Position numbers and translations under genes: made by a program. Source: an uncultured Puniceicoccaceae bacterium (GTDB lineage: Bacteria; Verrucomicrobiota; Verrucomicrobiia; Opitutales; Oceanipulchritudinaceae). Taken from it: 64,000 bases of DNA. The notes beneath the pieces are model-generated. The model was not told where the DNA came from. It saw nothing but the letters and a program-made list of their open reading frames with translations, and searched no databases. Each line of letters starts with the position of its first letter. Within the stretch, counting starts at the first letter, position 1. Below, one piece after another: positions 37,969 through 48,656 of this stretch. The DNA lies in the NCBI GenBank assembly GCA_963933835.1, contig CAWVVV010000005.1:1-64000 (forward strand), read 5' to 3'.

Positions 37969-39792
37969 CTACCAAGAAATCCGACCAGGTAAATAGCTAT
38001 AAAGGTGACGTGGATCCGAAGACTCGCTCAAAAGCCTCCATTGCTCAAAAAGCGGCGCAGCTTCTTTCTCCAACGGACCAAGGCCGAGGCGTTCCGTTAA
38101 GCCAGTTTGAGCCGACCCGAAACTCTCCATTAGTATTTCTGTCATCGACTGTGGATACGGATATTCAGTGATGTCGAAGTCTGCTCCTAAAGCAGCTTCC
38201 TCCGCCGCGTAGGCAATCGCATCCTCCAATCCGCCAATATGATCGACGAGTCCGATCGTCTGGGCACGGACGCCGGTCCAAACGCGGCCCTGCGCGACCT
38301 CGTGCGCATCTTCGCGCGTCATATTTCGGCCATCTGATACCCGCGCCAAAAAGGTTTCATATGTAGTAGATATCCAATCCTGAAAAATCTCTATTTGCTC
38401 ATCGGATTTCTTTTCCATCACACTCCAAAGTGTCCCATGTCGATTCGTTTCCACGGTCTCGAATTGTATCGAGAGTTTATCCGTCATTCCCTCGAAACTG
38501 GGAATCATCGCTATAACACCGATCGATCCAGTCACGGTCGTCTCTTGAGCAAAAATCGAGCGTGCCTGCGCAGAAATGTAGTAACCACCGCTCGCGGCAT
38601 ATCCACCCATGGAAACAACGACGGGTTTAACTTCGTTCGCGAGCTCCACCTCCCGAGCAATCATTTCCGACGCCATTGCACTCCCTCCGGGCGAATTCAC
38701 GCGCAGGACAATCGCGTCGACCGAAGGATCCAAGCGGAGATCACGAAGCAGTCTCGCGTAAGTGTCGCCCCCGACAGAAAATTCATCCCCTTCCCCATCG
38801 ACGATTGTGCCCTCAGCATAGACAATAGCAATCGAATCACCGCCCGACATTCCACTGCTGCCAAACACCCCGCCATCGATTGACAAGACGTATTGAGACA
38901 AGGTGATTTGTTTAAAGGTATCATCTGCCTCATTTAAACCAGCCACTGTGATCAGGGTTTCCCGCATCTCATCGTAGTAGAGCAGCTCATCCACGAGCCC
39001 GATAGCTCGCACAGATTCAGCATCAATAAGGGGCCGAGCGTTTGCCATCGCGTCGAGGCCATCGAGGGAGAGATCTGTCTCGGCTGCCAAACCCTCGCGA
39101 ATCGTCAACCAGAGATCATCGAGCTCTGTTTCCAAGGCTTCACGAGCTTCCTCCGACATCGTTTCTCGGACGTATGTCTCTCCGAAGGACTTGTAATCAC
39201 CGGCGCGAATAATCTGCACCTCAACACCGATATTTTCTAGCGCCCCTCCCAGATAAGCCATCTGTGCAGCCAATCCTCGATAGTCCAAGGTACCAAAAGG
39301 ATCCATCCACCATTCCGAGGCAACGGACTTTAAATAAAATTCAGCCAGTCCATCGCTATGGGTGTAAGCGTAGATCTTTTTCCCAGCCGCCCGCACTTCT
39401 AGTAATTTCTCCCGCAACTCGGTCAGCGTTGCTAGACTGTTTGCCATCGAGCCGCCTCCAACAAATCCACCGGTTATAAAGACAGCTGAGATACGGCTAT
39501 CTGACTTCGCGCTCTCCAGCGCAGTTATGACGTCAGAAAGCGACATCCTCGGGACACTGCCACCACCCAGCTCAGCAAGTAGCTCCTCCACTGGATCGAC
39601 AACGGCCGGACGATCATAAATCTCCATACCCAAGTCGACAACGAGGACGCCCTCCACTGGGGCTGAGCTCCCTTGCCCATCCATCAGACTGCTCAAACCG
39701 AGCAAAAAGATAAGGCCCAACAACATGAACAGACCAGTGGCAAAAAACATGACCAATAGCTGCCTGAGGACAGAACGGATAAACCTAAGCAT
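37969..39792 (-). CDS. sppA: Signal peptide peptidase SppA (protease IV, 67K type)
   Basis: AGDYKS.GE, LRVNSPGGSA, VSMGGYAASGGYYIS, TGSIGV, AQGRVWTG. Confidence 0.93.
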   Translation of the reverse strand: MLRFIRSVLRQLLVMFFATGLFMLLGLIFLLGLSSLMDGQGSSAPVEGVLVVDLGMEIYDRPAVVDPVEELLAELGGGSVPRMSLSDVITALESAKSDSRISAVFITGGFVGGGSMANSLATLTELREKLLEVRAAGKKIYAYTHSDGLAEFYLKSVASEWWMDPFGTLDYRGLAAQMAYLGGALENIGVEVQIIRAGDYKSFGETYVRETMSEEAREALETELDDLWLTIREGLAAETDLSLDGLDAMANARPLIDAESVRAIGLVDELLYYDEMRETLITVAGLNEADDTFKQITLSQYVLSIDGGVFGSSGMSGGDSIAIVYAEGTIVDGEGDEFSVGGDTYARLLRDLRLDPSVDAIVLRVNSPGGSAMASEMIAREVELANEVKPVVVSMGGYAASGGYYISAQARSIFAQETTVTGSIGVIAMIPSFEGMTDKLSIQFETVETNRHGTLWSVMEKKSDEQIEIFQDWISTTYETFLARVSDGRNMTREDAHEVAQGRVWTGVRAQTIGLVDHIGGLEDAIAYAAEEAALGADFDITEYPYPQSMTEILMESFGSAQTGLTERLGLGPLEKEAAPLFEQWRLLSESSDPRHLYSYLPGRISW

Positions 39793-39870
39793 ACTACGAA
39801 GGTGTATCCAGCTTCGCTAGATCCTCAAGAGCCAATCGATATTCGATCGAAATGCCGATCGAAGCGAAAA

Positions 39871-41220
39871 CTACTGTGCTACACCCCAGCGGTGACTGAA
39901 TGGGTAGTAAATCACGACTGCTTTACCGACGATCGTTCCTTCAGGGACGACTCCCCAACTGCGACTGTCGCCACTGTTGTCTGAGTTATCGCCAAGAGCC
40001 CAGTATTCGCCTTCGCCAAGGGTCCTCGGCTGGAGCAATGCGTAGCGCCCGCGCCCTGTACCATAGCCCTCGTATTCGCCTTCAAAGGCGTTGTTCAGTT
40101 CAAAACCAACCGAACCCGTAGCCAAGTCTCCATTACGGTAGAACTTGCCACCGCGCACGCCGTTACCACCGACAATTTGGAGGACATCGCCCGGTTCACC
40201 ACCGATACGCTTAATGTAATATTTTCCGCGCTCGCCTGCCGTCATCGTCCGAATATCTGTCGTATCGAAAACAAAAGGTTCGCCCGCTTTCGGAGCCCTG
40301 AAGTGATAGCTGAGGCGATCCACAAAGAGCATATCGCCCGACTTGATATCGAAACTCAGGGCGACTTTTCCACTTTCCGGAATTGTAATTCCGGTGCGAA
40401 GAACGGCGGGATATCCAAAGCGATTACGCTCGATGCGTGCATTGTCACCCGCTGCTTCGAGGATTTTCAGCACGACGTCCTGCATCGCGAAGTCGTAGGG
40501 CACCTTCACGGTCTGAACTTCGTCTCCGACAATGAATTGGTAAAACGCCGCAGGTCCCGGCAATACGAGAAAGCGCATCCGTTGGGCATTGCGTGAGGGC
40601 TGCTCTGCAAGGTCATAACCCGCCATGACAGAATTCTCCAGCTCCTGCTGGGAGTCATAGCGCAGCTGCCCACGACGACTGTATTTGCGGTTATTCAGGC
40701 TGGTCGAAGTAACCAATGGAAGGATCAGCTCGTCGCCCGGCTCACCCTTGAAAGTCTTATGCCCCGCGCCCAGTTGGGCGATGCGGAAGATCCGTTCAGC
40801 CACGTTCGGGCGTTCGTCGCCGAAGTAGACGTCCGACGTCATCCCATTGTAGGTGGGATACATCGAGTTGGTCGGAATCTTAAAGGGCTGGAGAAAAAAG
40901 GTGCGAATCCCGATCACCACAATCGCCGCAACCACGATCAGGTCGACATACTCAGTGATCTGCGAACGAGGGTAAAACTCCCCTCCTGTGCGGCGCAAAA
41001 TCGCTTCGAGTTTCTCGACCGCGCCACTCAACGCTTTCACCGCAGTATCCTTCTGCTTAGTCAGTGCCTTGAGTTCGGCAGTCGCTGCACGCAGCTCGGC
41101 CAGCTCTTCTTCAGTAAGGACATCTCGGCGGAAGTGATCGACCTTGCGGGCGAGTTGAAGCCACTCTTTGGCTTGCTTACGTGCCTTGGCACTTTTGCGG
41201 CGGAAAATCGATTCGAGCAT
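39871..41220 (-). CDS. lepB: Signal peptidase I with N-terminal extension and large insert
   Basis: QPFKIPTNSMYPT (Ser), GDMLFVDR, YIKRI (Lys), LGDNSDNSGDSR.WG. Confidence 0.92.
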   Translation of the reverse strand: MLESIFRRKSAKARKQAKEWLQLARKVDHFRRDVLTEEELAELRAATAELKALTKQKDTAVKALSGAVEKLEAILRRTGGEFYPRSQITEYVDLIVVAAIVVIGIRTFFLQPFKIPTNSMYPTYNGMTSDVYFGDERPNVAERIFRIAQLGAGHKTFKGEPGDELILPLVTSTSLNNRKYSRRGQLRYDSQQELENSVMAGYDLAEQPSRNAQRMRFLVLPGPAAFYQFIVGDEVQTVKVPYDFAMQDVVLKILEAAGDNARIERNRFGYPAVLRTGITIPESGKVALSFDIKSGDMLFVDRLSYHFRAPKAGEPFVFDTTDIRTMTAGERGKYYIKRIGGEPGDVLQIVGGNGVRGGKFYRNGDLATGSVGFELNNAFEGEYEGYGTGRGRYALLQPRTLGEGEYWALGDNSDNSGDSRSWGVVPEGTIVGKAVVIYYPFSHRWGVAQ

Positions 41221-41242
41221 GTCCGTGAGAGGGAAAGGTGTT

Positions 41243-43045
41243 CTAGTTAGTCGATTTGAGAATCTTGATAAAGGCATCCTGCGGGATCGAAACTTTACCG
41301 ATCTGTTTCATCCGCTTCTTACCTTCTTTTTGTTTGTCTAAGAGCTTACGCTTACGAGAAATATCACCGCCATAACACTTCGCGGTAACATCTTTACGCA
41401 TCGCACTGATCGTTTCGCGGGCGATGACATTGGCACCCACGGCCGCTTGAATCGCGACCTTGTAAAGCTGCTTAGGCAAAATCTCTTTGAGCTTCTCACA
41501 AAGCAGACGGCCTCGGGCCTCGGCTCGGTCCACATGCGAGATACTGGAAAAGGCATCGACCGGCTCTTGGTTCACCATGATATCGAGGCGAACAAGCTTC
41601 GAAGCCTCATATTCAGCCAACTCGTAGTCCATCGAACCGTAGCCACGGGTGATGCTCTTTAGGCGATCATTGAAATCAATGAGGATTTCATTCAACGGTA
41701 GGCGCGTGCGCAGGATAACCCGCGATTCGTCGACTGTTTCAGTCTCTTCAACAAAGCCGCGCTTCTCCATCACAAGAGCGAGCATGTCACCAATCGAAGT
41801 CGATGGGATGTGCAAGGTCGCGATGATCATCGGCTCTTTGATCTGCTCGATTTGGGAGGGATCGGGCAGGTGGACGGGGTTATCAACATCAATCCATTCG
41901 CCATCCGTTTTCTGCACTTCGTAGGAGACACTTGGATACGTCGAAATGATATCCAGATCGTATTCTCGACGAATGCGCTCCGTCACGATCTCCATGTGCA
42001 GGAGTCCGAGAAATCCGCATCGGAAGCCAAAGCCCAGTGCAACCGAGCTTTCTGATGTGTAAGTGAAGGCAGCATCATTGAGCCGCAGCTTCGCCATGCT
42101 CGCCTTCAGCTTCTCGTAATCCGAAGTATCGATTGGATAGATCCCCGAGAAGACCATTGGAACAACCTCCTTGTAACCGGGAAGCATTTCCTTCGCTGGG
42201 GCGGAAGCCTGCGTCAGGGTGTCACCGATCTTCATGTCGGAGAGCTCTTTGATCGTTGTCACAATGTAGCCCACCGAACCCGCATTGAGCTCGCCAATTG
42301 CCTTCATTGCAGGACTAAAAATCCCCACCTCTTTGACTTCAGTGAGGCGATGGTCACTCATCATGAGGACTTTGTCGCCACGTTTGAGACTGCCGCTGAA
42401 GACCCGCACATAGCAGATCACACCGCGATACGTATCGAAGACACTGTCAAAAACGAGCACGCGCGTGGCGTCATATTCCGACAAACGCGGCGCTGGCACC
42501 CTATTAATGATGGCGTCAAAAATCTCTGGAATTCCGATCCCAGACTTCGCACTCGCGAGGATCGCTTCGTCGCCCGGCATCGCGAGGACATCTTCAAGCT
42601 GGCGCCGCACGTGGGGGACATCCGCTCCTGGTAAATCGACCTTGTTGATCACCGAAATGACCTCGAGGTCTTGCTTTATCGCAAGGAGAGCATTCGCCAC
42701 CGTTTGTGCTTCGATGCCTTGAGCGGCATCGACGAGGAGCAAGACACCTTCACACGCTGCCAAACTCCGCGAGACTTCGTATGAAAAGTCCACGTGTCCC
42801 GGCGTATCGATGAGATTCAAGCGGTAGACTTGTCCATCGGGCGCGGTGTAAGAAAGCGTAACAGGGTGACTCTTAATCGTGATCCCGCGCTCGCGCTCAA
42901 GGTCCATTGAGTCGAGCAACTGCGCCTTCATGTTGCGCTGCTCGACCGTTTTGGTCACCTCGAGAAGTCGATCCGAGAGGGTCGTCTTCCCGTGATCGAT
43001 ATGAGCTATGATGCAAAAATTGCGTGAGTGCTGAATCTCAGCCAT
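41243..43045 (-). CDS. lepA: Elongation factor 4
   Basis: RNFCIIAHIDHGKTTL, RERGITIK, DTPGHVDF, KCYGGDISRKRKLL. Confidence 0.98.
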   Translation of the reverse strand: MAEIQHSRNFCIIAHIDHGKTTLSDRLLEVTKTVEQRNMKAQLLDSMDLERERGITIKSHPVTLSYTAPDGQVYRLNLIDTPGHVDFSYEVSRSLAACEGVLLLVDAAQGIEAQTVANALLAIKQDLEVISVINKVDLPGADVPHVRRQLEDVLAMPGDEAILASAKSGIGIPEIFDAIINRVPAPRLSEYDATRVLVFDSVFDTYRGVICYVRVFSGSLKRGDKVLMMSDHRLTEVKEVGIFSPAMKAIGELNAGSVGYIVTTIKELSDMKIGDTLTQASAPAKEMLPGYKEVVPMVFSGIYPIDTSDYEKLKASMAKLRLNDAAFTYTSESSVALGFGFRCGFLGLLHMEIVTERIRREYDLDIISTYPSVSYEVQKTDGEWIDVDNPVHLPDPSQIEQIKEPMIIATLHIPSTSIGDMLALVMEKRGFVEETETVDESRVILRTRLPLNEILIDFNDRLKSITRGYGSMDYELAEYEASKLVRLDIMVNQEPVDAFSSISHVDRAEARGRLLCEKLKEILPKQLYKVAIQAAVGANVIARETISAMRKDVTAKCYGGDISRKRKLLDKQKEGKKRMKQIGKVSIPQDAFIKILKSTN

Positions 43046-43051
43046 TTAAAT

Positions 43052-43963
43052 TTAGTCTAAGGGTAGGTGTTCGAATTCTGACAAGCTCGTGATCTTCAAG
43101 CTGCGGTCGATCCGCCGAGTTAGACCACTGAGCACAGCACCAGGACCGCACTCGTAGAACTCAGTTATGCCGGATGCAGCAGCTGCCTGCATGCACTCTT
43201 CCCAGCGAACTGAGGAGACGACTTGCTTGGTCAGGTTCTCGCGGATTTCAGCAGGTGTAGTCACGGGAGCGGCCGTCACATTGGTAAAGACTGTCTTTGT
43301 CGGCGCACTGATGTCGGCCTTGGCGAGGTAGTCTGCAAATCGCGCCCGTGCAGATTCCATTAAACGACTGTGATAAGCCCCCGCTACAGTGAGTGGGATA
43401 ACGCGTTTGAAATCACCCGCTGCGTTTGCGGCTTCAACAGCAGTAGCAACTTTATCGGAAGCACCCGAGATGACGATCTGCCCAGGGCAGTTGAGGTTCG
43501 CCACGTCGATGTCGTGAGCTTCGACAAGCGCCCGCACTGCATCTGGTGATCCACCGATGATAGAGGCCATCGAGCCTTCGGTTGAGTCACAGGCTTCCTG
43601 CATCAGGCGGCCGCGCTCAGCGACGATCTTAAGCCCAGTCGCAAAATCAAAGGCACCCGCGGCAGCAAGAGCCGTCAGCTCACCCAAGCTAAGCCCAAGA
43701 CAGACCTTGAGGTCGTCGAGCTTGCCCGATTCCTCGAGCAGTTTGTAAATAACATAGCCATGAACATAGAGCGCGGGTTGACAGACCTTCGTCTCCGTCA
43801 ACGACTCCGCTGGCCCCTCAAAGCAAATCTTGGACAAGTTCCAGCCCAAGACGGCATCCGCCTCATCGTAGAGGGCACGCGCCGTCGCACTGTTTTCGTA
43901 CAGCGAACGCCCCATTCCAACTTGTTGGGTGCCTTGTCCACTAAAGAGCAATCCGATAGCCAT
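43052..43963 (-). CDS. fabD: Malonyl-CoA:ACP transacylase
   Basis: LFSGQGTQQVGMG, CQPAL, GLSLGE, AGAYHS.LM, VRW, ECGPG. Confidence 0.95.
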   Translation of the reverse strand: MAIGLLFSGQGTQQVGMGRSLYENSATARALYDEADAVLGWNLSKICFEGPAESLTETKVCQPALYVHGYVIYKLLEESGKLDDLKVCLGLSLGELTALAAAGAFDFATGLKIVAERGRLMQEACDSTEGSMASIIGGSPDAVRALVEAHDIDVANLNCPGQIVISGASDKVATAVEAANAAGDFKRVIPLTVAGAYHSRLMESARARFADYLAKADISAPTKTVFTNVTAAPVTTPAEIRENLTKQVVSSVRWEECMQAAAASGITEFYECGPGAVLSGLTRRIDRSLKITSLSEFEHLPLD

Positions 43964-44149
43964 AAGGGGTGGAATAAAGACGGCCATTTTTCACTAAGCA
44001 ACCGGAAAGCAGAGATGCCGAAGAACACCCCTTCCGCCGCACTTATAAGGGAGATTTTCGTCGTGACCTGAACTGATCCACTCGTTTGCATAATAGCCCC
44101 ATCGATAATCCTCCCATCTTAAAACTAAAACCCCTCAAATCCCCACCAG

Positions 44150-44287
44150 ATGCCATTACATCCTAATGCTGGAAAGCCCGTTTCAAAACGGGATCTGACA
44201 GATATCGTCGAACTGAGCGAATTGTTTCCTGAGCCCTTGTTCGCAATCCACATCGCACAAGAGGGAAATGATGACTTCCGATTCTAA
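44150..44287 (+). pseudogene. 5' remnant of phosphoglucomutase (Pgm-type N-terminus)
   Basis: MPLHPNAGKPVSKRDLTDIVELSELF... resembles the E. coli-type Pgm start [22 protein letters not shown]; only 45 codons, ending 3 nt before the next gene. Confidence 0.55.
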
Positions 44288-44290
44288 AAG

Positions 44291-44947
44291 ATGCAACTCC
44301 ACTCCATTCAAATCGGGAAAGCTCAGACGCTAGGAGACCCTGATAAAGCGGCCTTTTTCAAGAAGACATGGTCAACGGGGATCTATAAGAGCGGGGTGAG
44401 TGGGCCTGTCGCGGTTGGACACGAGGGCATCGTCGGTGATGAGCAGGCTGACCTCACCGTGCATGGCGGTCCGGATAAGGCGCTGTGCGTGTATTCGCTC
44501 GATCACTACGCATATTGGAAAGCAGAACTGGGGCTAGAGTTTTCGCCTGGGGCCTTTGGGGAGAACCTTACAGTCGCTGATATCAACGAGTCCGACGTCT
44601 GTATCGGAGATATTTATCACGCCGGAACCGCTGTCTTTCAAGTAACCCAGCCCCGCCAGCCTTGCTGGAAACTAGCGCGCCGCTGGGAAGTAAAAGCCAT
44701 GCCCGCGCTCGTCCAAAAGACGGGGAAGACAGGCTGGTATTTCCGAGTTCTAGAAACTGGAAACCTGTCTGCTCCTGCCAAGCTGGAACGCTCCGCGAGA
44801 CCCCACCCAAACTGGACAGTCGCGCGTGCAAACGCAGTGATGCACGATCGCAAAACAGATTCTACTCAAACCAAAGAGCTCGCTCAGCTTGATGCCCTAT
44901 CAAAGTCGTGGCGTGAAAGCCTTCACAAGCGGCTCGGAAATAGATAG
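44291..44947 (+). CDS. MOSC domain protein (YiiM-like)
   Basis: GDEQADLTVHGGPDKA, GAFGENL, QPRQPCWKL, TGWYFRVL. Confidence 0.92.
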   Translation: MQLHSIQIGKAQTLGDPDKAAFFKKTWSTGIYKSGVSGPVAVGHEGIVGDEQADLTVHGGPDKALCVYSLDHYAYWKAELGLEFSPGAFGENLTVADINESDVCIGDIYHAGTAVFQVTQPRQPCWKLARRWEVKAMPALVQKTGKTGWYFRVLETGNLSAPAKLERSARPHPNWTVARANAVMHDRKTDSTQTKELAQLDALSKSWRESLHKRLGNR

Positions 44948-45032
44948 CAGAGAACGGTCTAAAACTTTCTACTCCTTCGCCTCGCCTTTTCTCGACCTAT
45001 GTTCATTACCCTTAGTCATACACGGACCTGAT

Positions 45033-46076
45033 ATGTCGCTGATTGATCGATTGCACAGTATGCTGCAAAGGCACCCGAAACGCATCGTCTTCCCTGAAGG
45101 GTCAGACCCGCGCATCATTCAGGCTGCCCGCCAACTGGCTACGCGTCGCCTCGGCGCCCCTATTCTTCTTGGAGATCGGGCAGAGATCAAGCAGCGCGCT
45201 CAGCGTCTAGATATACGCCTCGATGGCATTCGAATTCTAGAACATGAGCGCAGTGATGATATGGAACTGTTCCTCCCGATGGTTGAGGCTCACCCCAAGC
45301 TCGGCGGACTGACTAAGGCTGAACAAGAAAAACTCCTCCTCAATCGTCACAACTTTGCCGCGCTCATGCTTTACAGCGGCAGTGCAGATGCCCTCGTGGC
45401 CGGCGCAACGATGAGCGCTTCGAGCGGACTGCGTTCCCTCTTCCGCCTCGTGCCACTCATCGATGGCGTTAAATCAGCCTCCTCGATGCTGATTTTAGAT
45501 CAGGAAAATCCAAATTTCGGTATGGGAGGTCTTCTCTTTCTCTCAGACTGCGGCGTCATCCCCGAGCCTACCACCGAGCAGCTTGCAGACATCGCACTGA
45601 CGACTGCACACACCGCCTATCATTTGACTGATGAGACCCCTCGGGTCGCCTTTTTGAGCTACGCGACGAACACCTCGAAACCCTCACACCCCTCGATTCT
45701 TAAAATCCGTGAAGCCGTCAAACTGACTAAAGAACGCGCGAAGGATTTGGACTACCCGATTGAAATCGATGGCGAATTTCAGCTTGATGCGGCCCTCAGC
45801 CCAACGGTTGCTGAACAAAAAGGGATAGCGGATAGCCCTGTTGCGGGACGCGCCAATGTTATCATCTTCCCCGACCTCAATAGTGGCAACATTGCCTCCA
45901 AGATGATTCAACTCGTGGCCGGCGCCCGCACCTACGGTCAGATCATCAGTGGACTTTCCCACCCCTGTGCTGAAATCAGCCGGGGTGCCCACGTCTACGA
46001 TATTTTTGGAACCGCCGTCATCGTAGCCTCCCAAGCTGTCGACCGCAGGCTCCTCCATCCCAAGCCCGCCGAGTAA
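45033..46076 (+). CDS. pta: Phosphate acetyltransferase catalytic (PTA/PTB) domain
   Basis: KRIVFPEG.DPRI, SDCGVIPEP, PRVAFLSY, IDGEFQLDAA, IFPDLNSGNI. Confidence 0.85.
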   Translation: MSLIDRLHSMLQRHPKRIVFPEGSDPRIIQAARQLATRRLGAPILLGDRAEIKQRAQRLDIRLDGIRILEHERSDDMELFLPMVEAHPKLGGLTKAEQEKLLLNRHNFAALMLYSGSADALVAGATMSASSGLRSLFRLVPLIDGVKSASSMLILDQENPNFGMGGLLFLSDCGVIPEPTTEQLADIALTTAHTAYHLTDETPRVAFLSYATNTSKPSHPSILKIREAVKLTKERAKDLDYPIEIDGEFQLDAALSPTVAEQKGIADSPVAGRANVIIFPDLNSGNIASKMIQLVAGARTYGQIISGLSHPCAEISRGAHVYDIFGTAVIVASQAVDRRLLHPKPAE

Positions 46077-46084
46077 TCATAGAA

Positions 46085-47224
46085 ATGGCTTCATCTACGG
46101 ACTTCCACACCGAACCGCTCAACCGCGAGATCCCACGCCTCTTCGTCGCCGCAACTCGCCAAAACGAGGGGAAAACGACGACATCGCTGGGTCTCTTCGC
46201 TGCGCTTCAGACGGTGTATCCAAAGGTTGGTTACATCAAACCTATCGGCCAACGCTTTATCGACATCGAGGGAATGAAAATCGACGAGGATTCCTACCTC
46301 TTCGACAAAATCTACAATCTCGAGGTTCCTATCCAGTCGATGAGTCCGGTCGCGATCGACTCGACCTTTACTCGCCGCTATCTCAAGAACCCTGACGAGA
46401 TCCATCCTACCCTCGTCGATAAGATCGTCCGTGCTTTTGACCGAGCGACCTTTGGCAAACAAGCCGTCATCGTCGAAGGATCAGGCCATGCCGGCGTCGG
46501 CGCGATTTGCGACCTCTCAAATGCGCAGGTGGCTAAGCTCCTTGGCGCAAAAGCAATCATCGTCGCACGGGGTGGCATCGGGATGCCGGTCGATGAAATC
46601 GCACTAAACAAATCACTTTTCGACAAGGAAGGCGTCGAGGTCGTCGGTGCAATTATCAACAAAGTCAAACACGACAAGATTGACGTCATTGAAGAGTATA
46701 CCCGCAAAGGCTTAGAGCGCCTTGGTGTTCCTCTGCTCGGCGTGATGCCCGAGCAAGAGCAGCTATCGAAGCCAAACCTATCACAAGTAGCAGAGGAACT
46801 CAATGGACGCTGGATCAATGGCGATCCCGAGGATGCGCACCCACGGCTAAAAAAGATAGTCGTCGGGGCAATGTCAGCACGTGGATTCATTGAACAATAT
46901 GGGGCAGGCGCGCTTATCATTACGCCAGGTGATCGTGACGACATCCTCCTCTCAATGATCGCCTCAGCCGCTGTTGTTGATCAGACACCCGCATCCGGCC
47001 TTGTCCTGACGAGCAATACCCTACCACACCCGAAGCTGATGGAGCTCTTAGCTAAAACTAATATGCCAGTCATCATCACGGAAGCCGACAGCTACACGAC
47101 AGCCTCTAAGATCAACCGCATGACGGTGAAAACGCAACCTGAGGACCAAGATAAGATCCCTCTGATCAAGCGTATGATTCTTGAAAACGTCGATCTTGAT
47201 AAAATCCTAAATGCATTCCGATAG
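46085..47224 (+). CDS. Standalone Pta N-terminal module (BioD-like P-loop and DRTGG)
   Basis: ATRQNEGKTT, VGYIKPIG, IVEGSGH, IITPGDRDD. Confidence 0.85.
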   Translation: MASSTDFHTEPLNREIPRLFVAATRQNEGKTTTSLGLFAALQTVYPKVGYIKPIGQRFIDIEGMKIDEDSYLFDKIYNLEVPIQSMSPVAIDSTFTRRYLKNPDEIHPTLVDKIVRAFDRATFGKQAVIVEGSGHAGVGAICDLSNAQVAKLLGAKAIIVARGGIGMPVDEIALNKSLFDKEGVEVVGAIINKVKHDKIDVIEEYTRKGLERLGVPLLGVMPEQEQLSKPNLSQVAEELNGRWINGDPEDAHPRLKKIVVGAMSARGFIEQYGAGALIITPGDRDDILLSMIASAAVVDQTPASGLVLTSNTLPHPKLMELLAKTNMPVIITEADSYTTASKINRMTVKTQPEDQDKIPLIKRMILENVDLDKILNAFR

Positions 47225-47257
47225 CGTGCGCGCATCGAACCCCGTATCCATTTCTCT

Positions 47258-48652
47258 ATGACGCTCCAGCCTGCGTCCAATTTACCCAAGCACTGGCCTT
47301 CTCCCGCATACTCGGCCACTAAAGAGCTCGCCTCAAGAGTCGCCGACGAAGGGGGTCGCCTTCTTGTCGTGGGCGGAGCCGTCCGTGATGCGCTTCTAGG
47401 AAGCTCAAGCTCTGATCTCGATCTAGAACTCTTCGGATTGGACGAGAAACAGACTAGTTCGCTCCTCGCCGAGCACGGACGCTTTGTCTACGTCGGGCGG
47501 TCATTTCCTGTCTGGAAACACACCGCGCTTGAGATTGACGTGGCCCTCCCCCGCAAAGAGCGCTTAACGGGATCTCGCCATCAGGACTTTGAAATCGAAG
47601 TCACCCCAAACATCAGTTTCCGCGATGCTTCATTGCGTCGCGACTTCACCCTCAATGCGATCGGCTTTGATCCGCTCACCGAAGAGCTCCTTGACCCATG
47701 GGACGGGGCTAAAGATTTAGTGGCAAAAAAGCTCCGGCATGTCTCAGATAAATTTGCCGAAGACCCCCTCCGCGTCCTACGTGCAATGCAGTTTATCGCT
47801 AGGTTCAAACTCCAGTGCGAGAAGGCGACCCTCGAACTCTGCCGTTCACTTTCAAGCGAACACCTCCCTCGAGAGCGCGTCGGAGCTGAGTGGGAAAAAC
47901 TCCTCCTCCAAGGCGAAGAACCCTCACGCGGCCTCCGTTTTCTTCGCGACTGCGGATGGATCGACGATTACCCCGAGCTGAAGGCCTTGATCGATTGCCC
48001 CCAAGATCCGGAATGGCATCCCGAAGGTGATGTCTGGACGCATACGCTTCTCTGCCTTGATGCTACTGTTCCACTGCGAGCCGGAGTCCGCGATGACGAT
48101 CTTGTTACCGCCCTCGCTGTTCTCTGCCACGACCTCGGGAAAGCAACGCATACTGAACTCATCGATGGACGTTGGCGATCCCCCGGACACGAACACGCTG
48201 GTATCGAACCTACGGAATGCTTTCTCAATCGCTTAACGGGTGAACAGCGTATCACTGAAGCAGTGCTCCCACTCGTCGAAACCCACATGCGACCGTATCA
48301 GCTTTTTCAGACGAAAGCTGGCGACAGCGCAGTCCGTCGACTGTCGCTCAGAGCCAAACGCCTCGATTTACTCATTCGAGTATCGATGGCAGACGCTCGT
48401 GGACGCGGAGGACAAACGGACGACCCGTTTCCCGCAGGAACATGGCTAGAAGAACGGGCGCAGGCCCTCGAACTTTCAGACAGCGAACCAAAACCACTCG
48501 TTCTCGGTCGTCATCTCATCAAGCTCGGTTATAAGCCTGGCCCCGCAATGGGTGACCTTTTGGATGAGCTCTTCGAGCAACAGCTTGATGGCGTTTTCGA
48601 AACCACTGAAGCAGGAATCGATTACGCTAAGGCGCACCTTGTGAAGCCCTGA
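47258..48652 (+). CDS. cca: CCA tRNA nucleotidyltransferase / poly(A) polymerase family with HD domain
   Basis: VGGAVRD.LLG, DLDLE, RRDFTLNAI, EDPLRVLRA, WHPEGDVWTHT, LCHDLGK. Confidence 0.88.
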   Translation: MTLQPASNLPKHWPSPAYSATKELASRVADEGGRLLVVGGAVRDALLGSSSSDLDLELFGLDEKQTSSLLAEHGRFVYVGRSFPVWKHTALEIDVALPRKERLTGSRHQDFEIEVTPNISFRDASLRRDFTLNAIGFDPLTEELLDPWDGAKDLVAKKLRHVSDKFAEDPLRVLRAMQFIARFKLQCEKATLELCRSLSSEHLPRERVGAEWEKLLLQGEEPSRGLRFLRDCGWIDDYPELKALIDCPQDPEWHPEGDVWTHTLLCLDATVPLRAGVRDDDLVTALAVLCHDLGKATHTELIDGRWRSPGHEHAGIEPTECFLNRLTGEQRITEAVLPLVETHMRPYQLFQTKAGDSAVRRLSLRAKRLDLLIRVSMADARGRGGQTDDPFPAGTWLEERAQALELSDSEPKPLVLGRHLIKLGYKPGPAMGDLLDELFEQQLDGVFETTEAGIDYAKAHLVKP

Positions 48653-48656
48653 TCAG

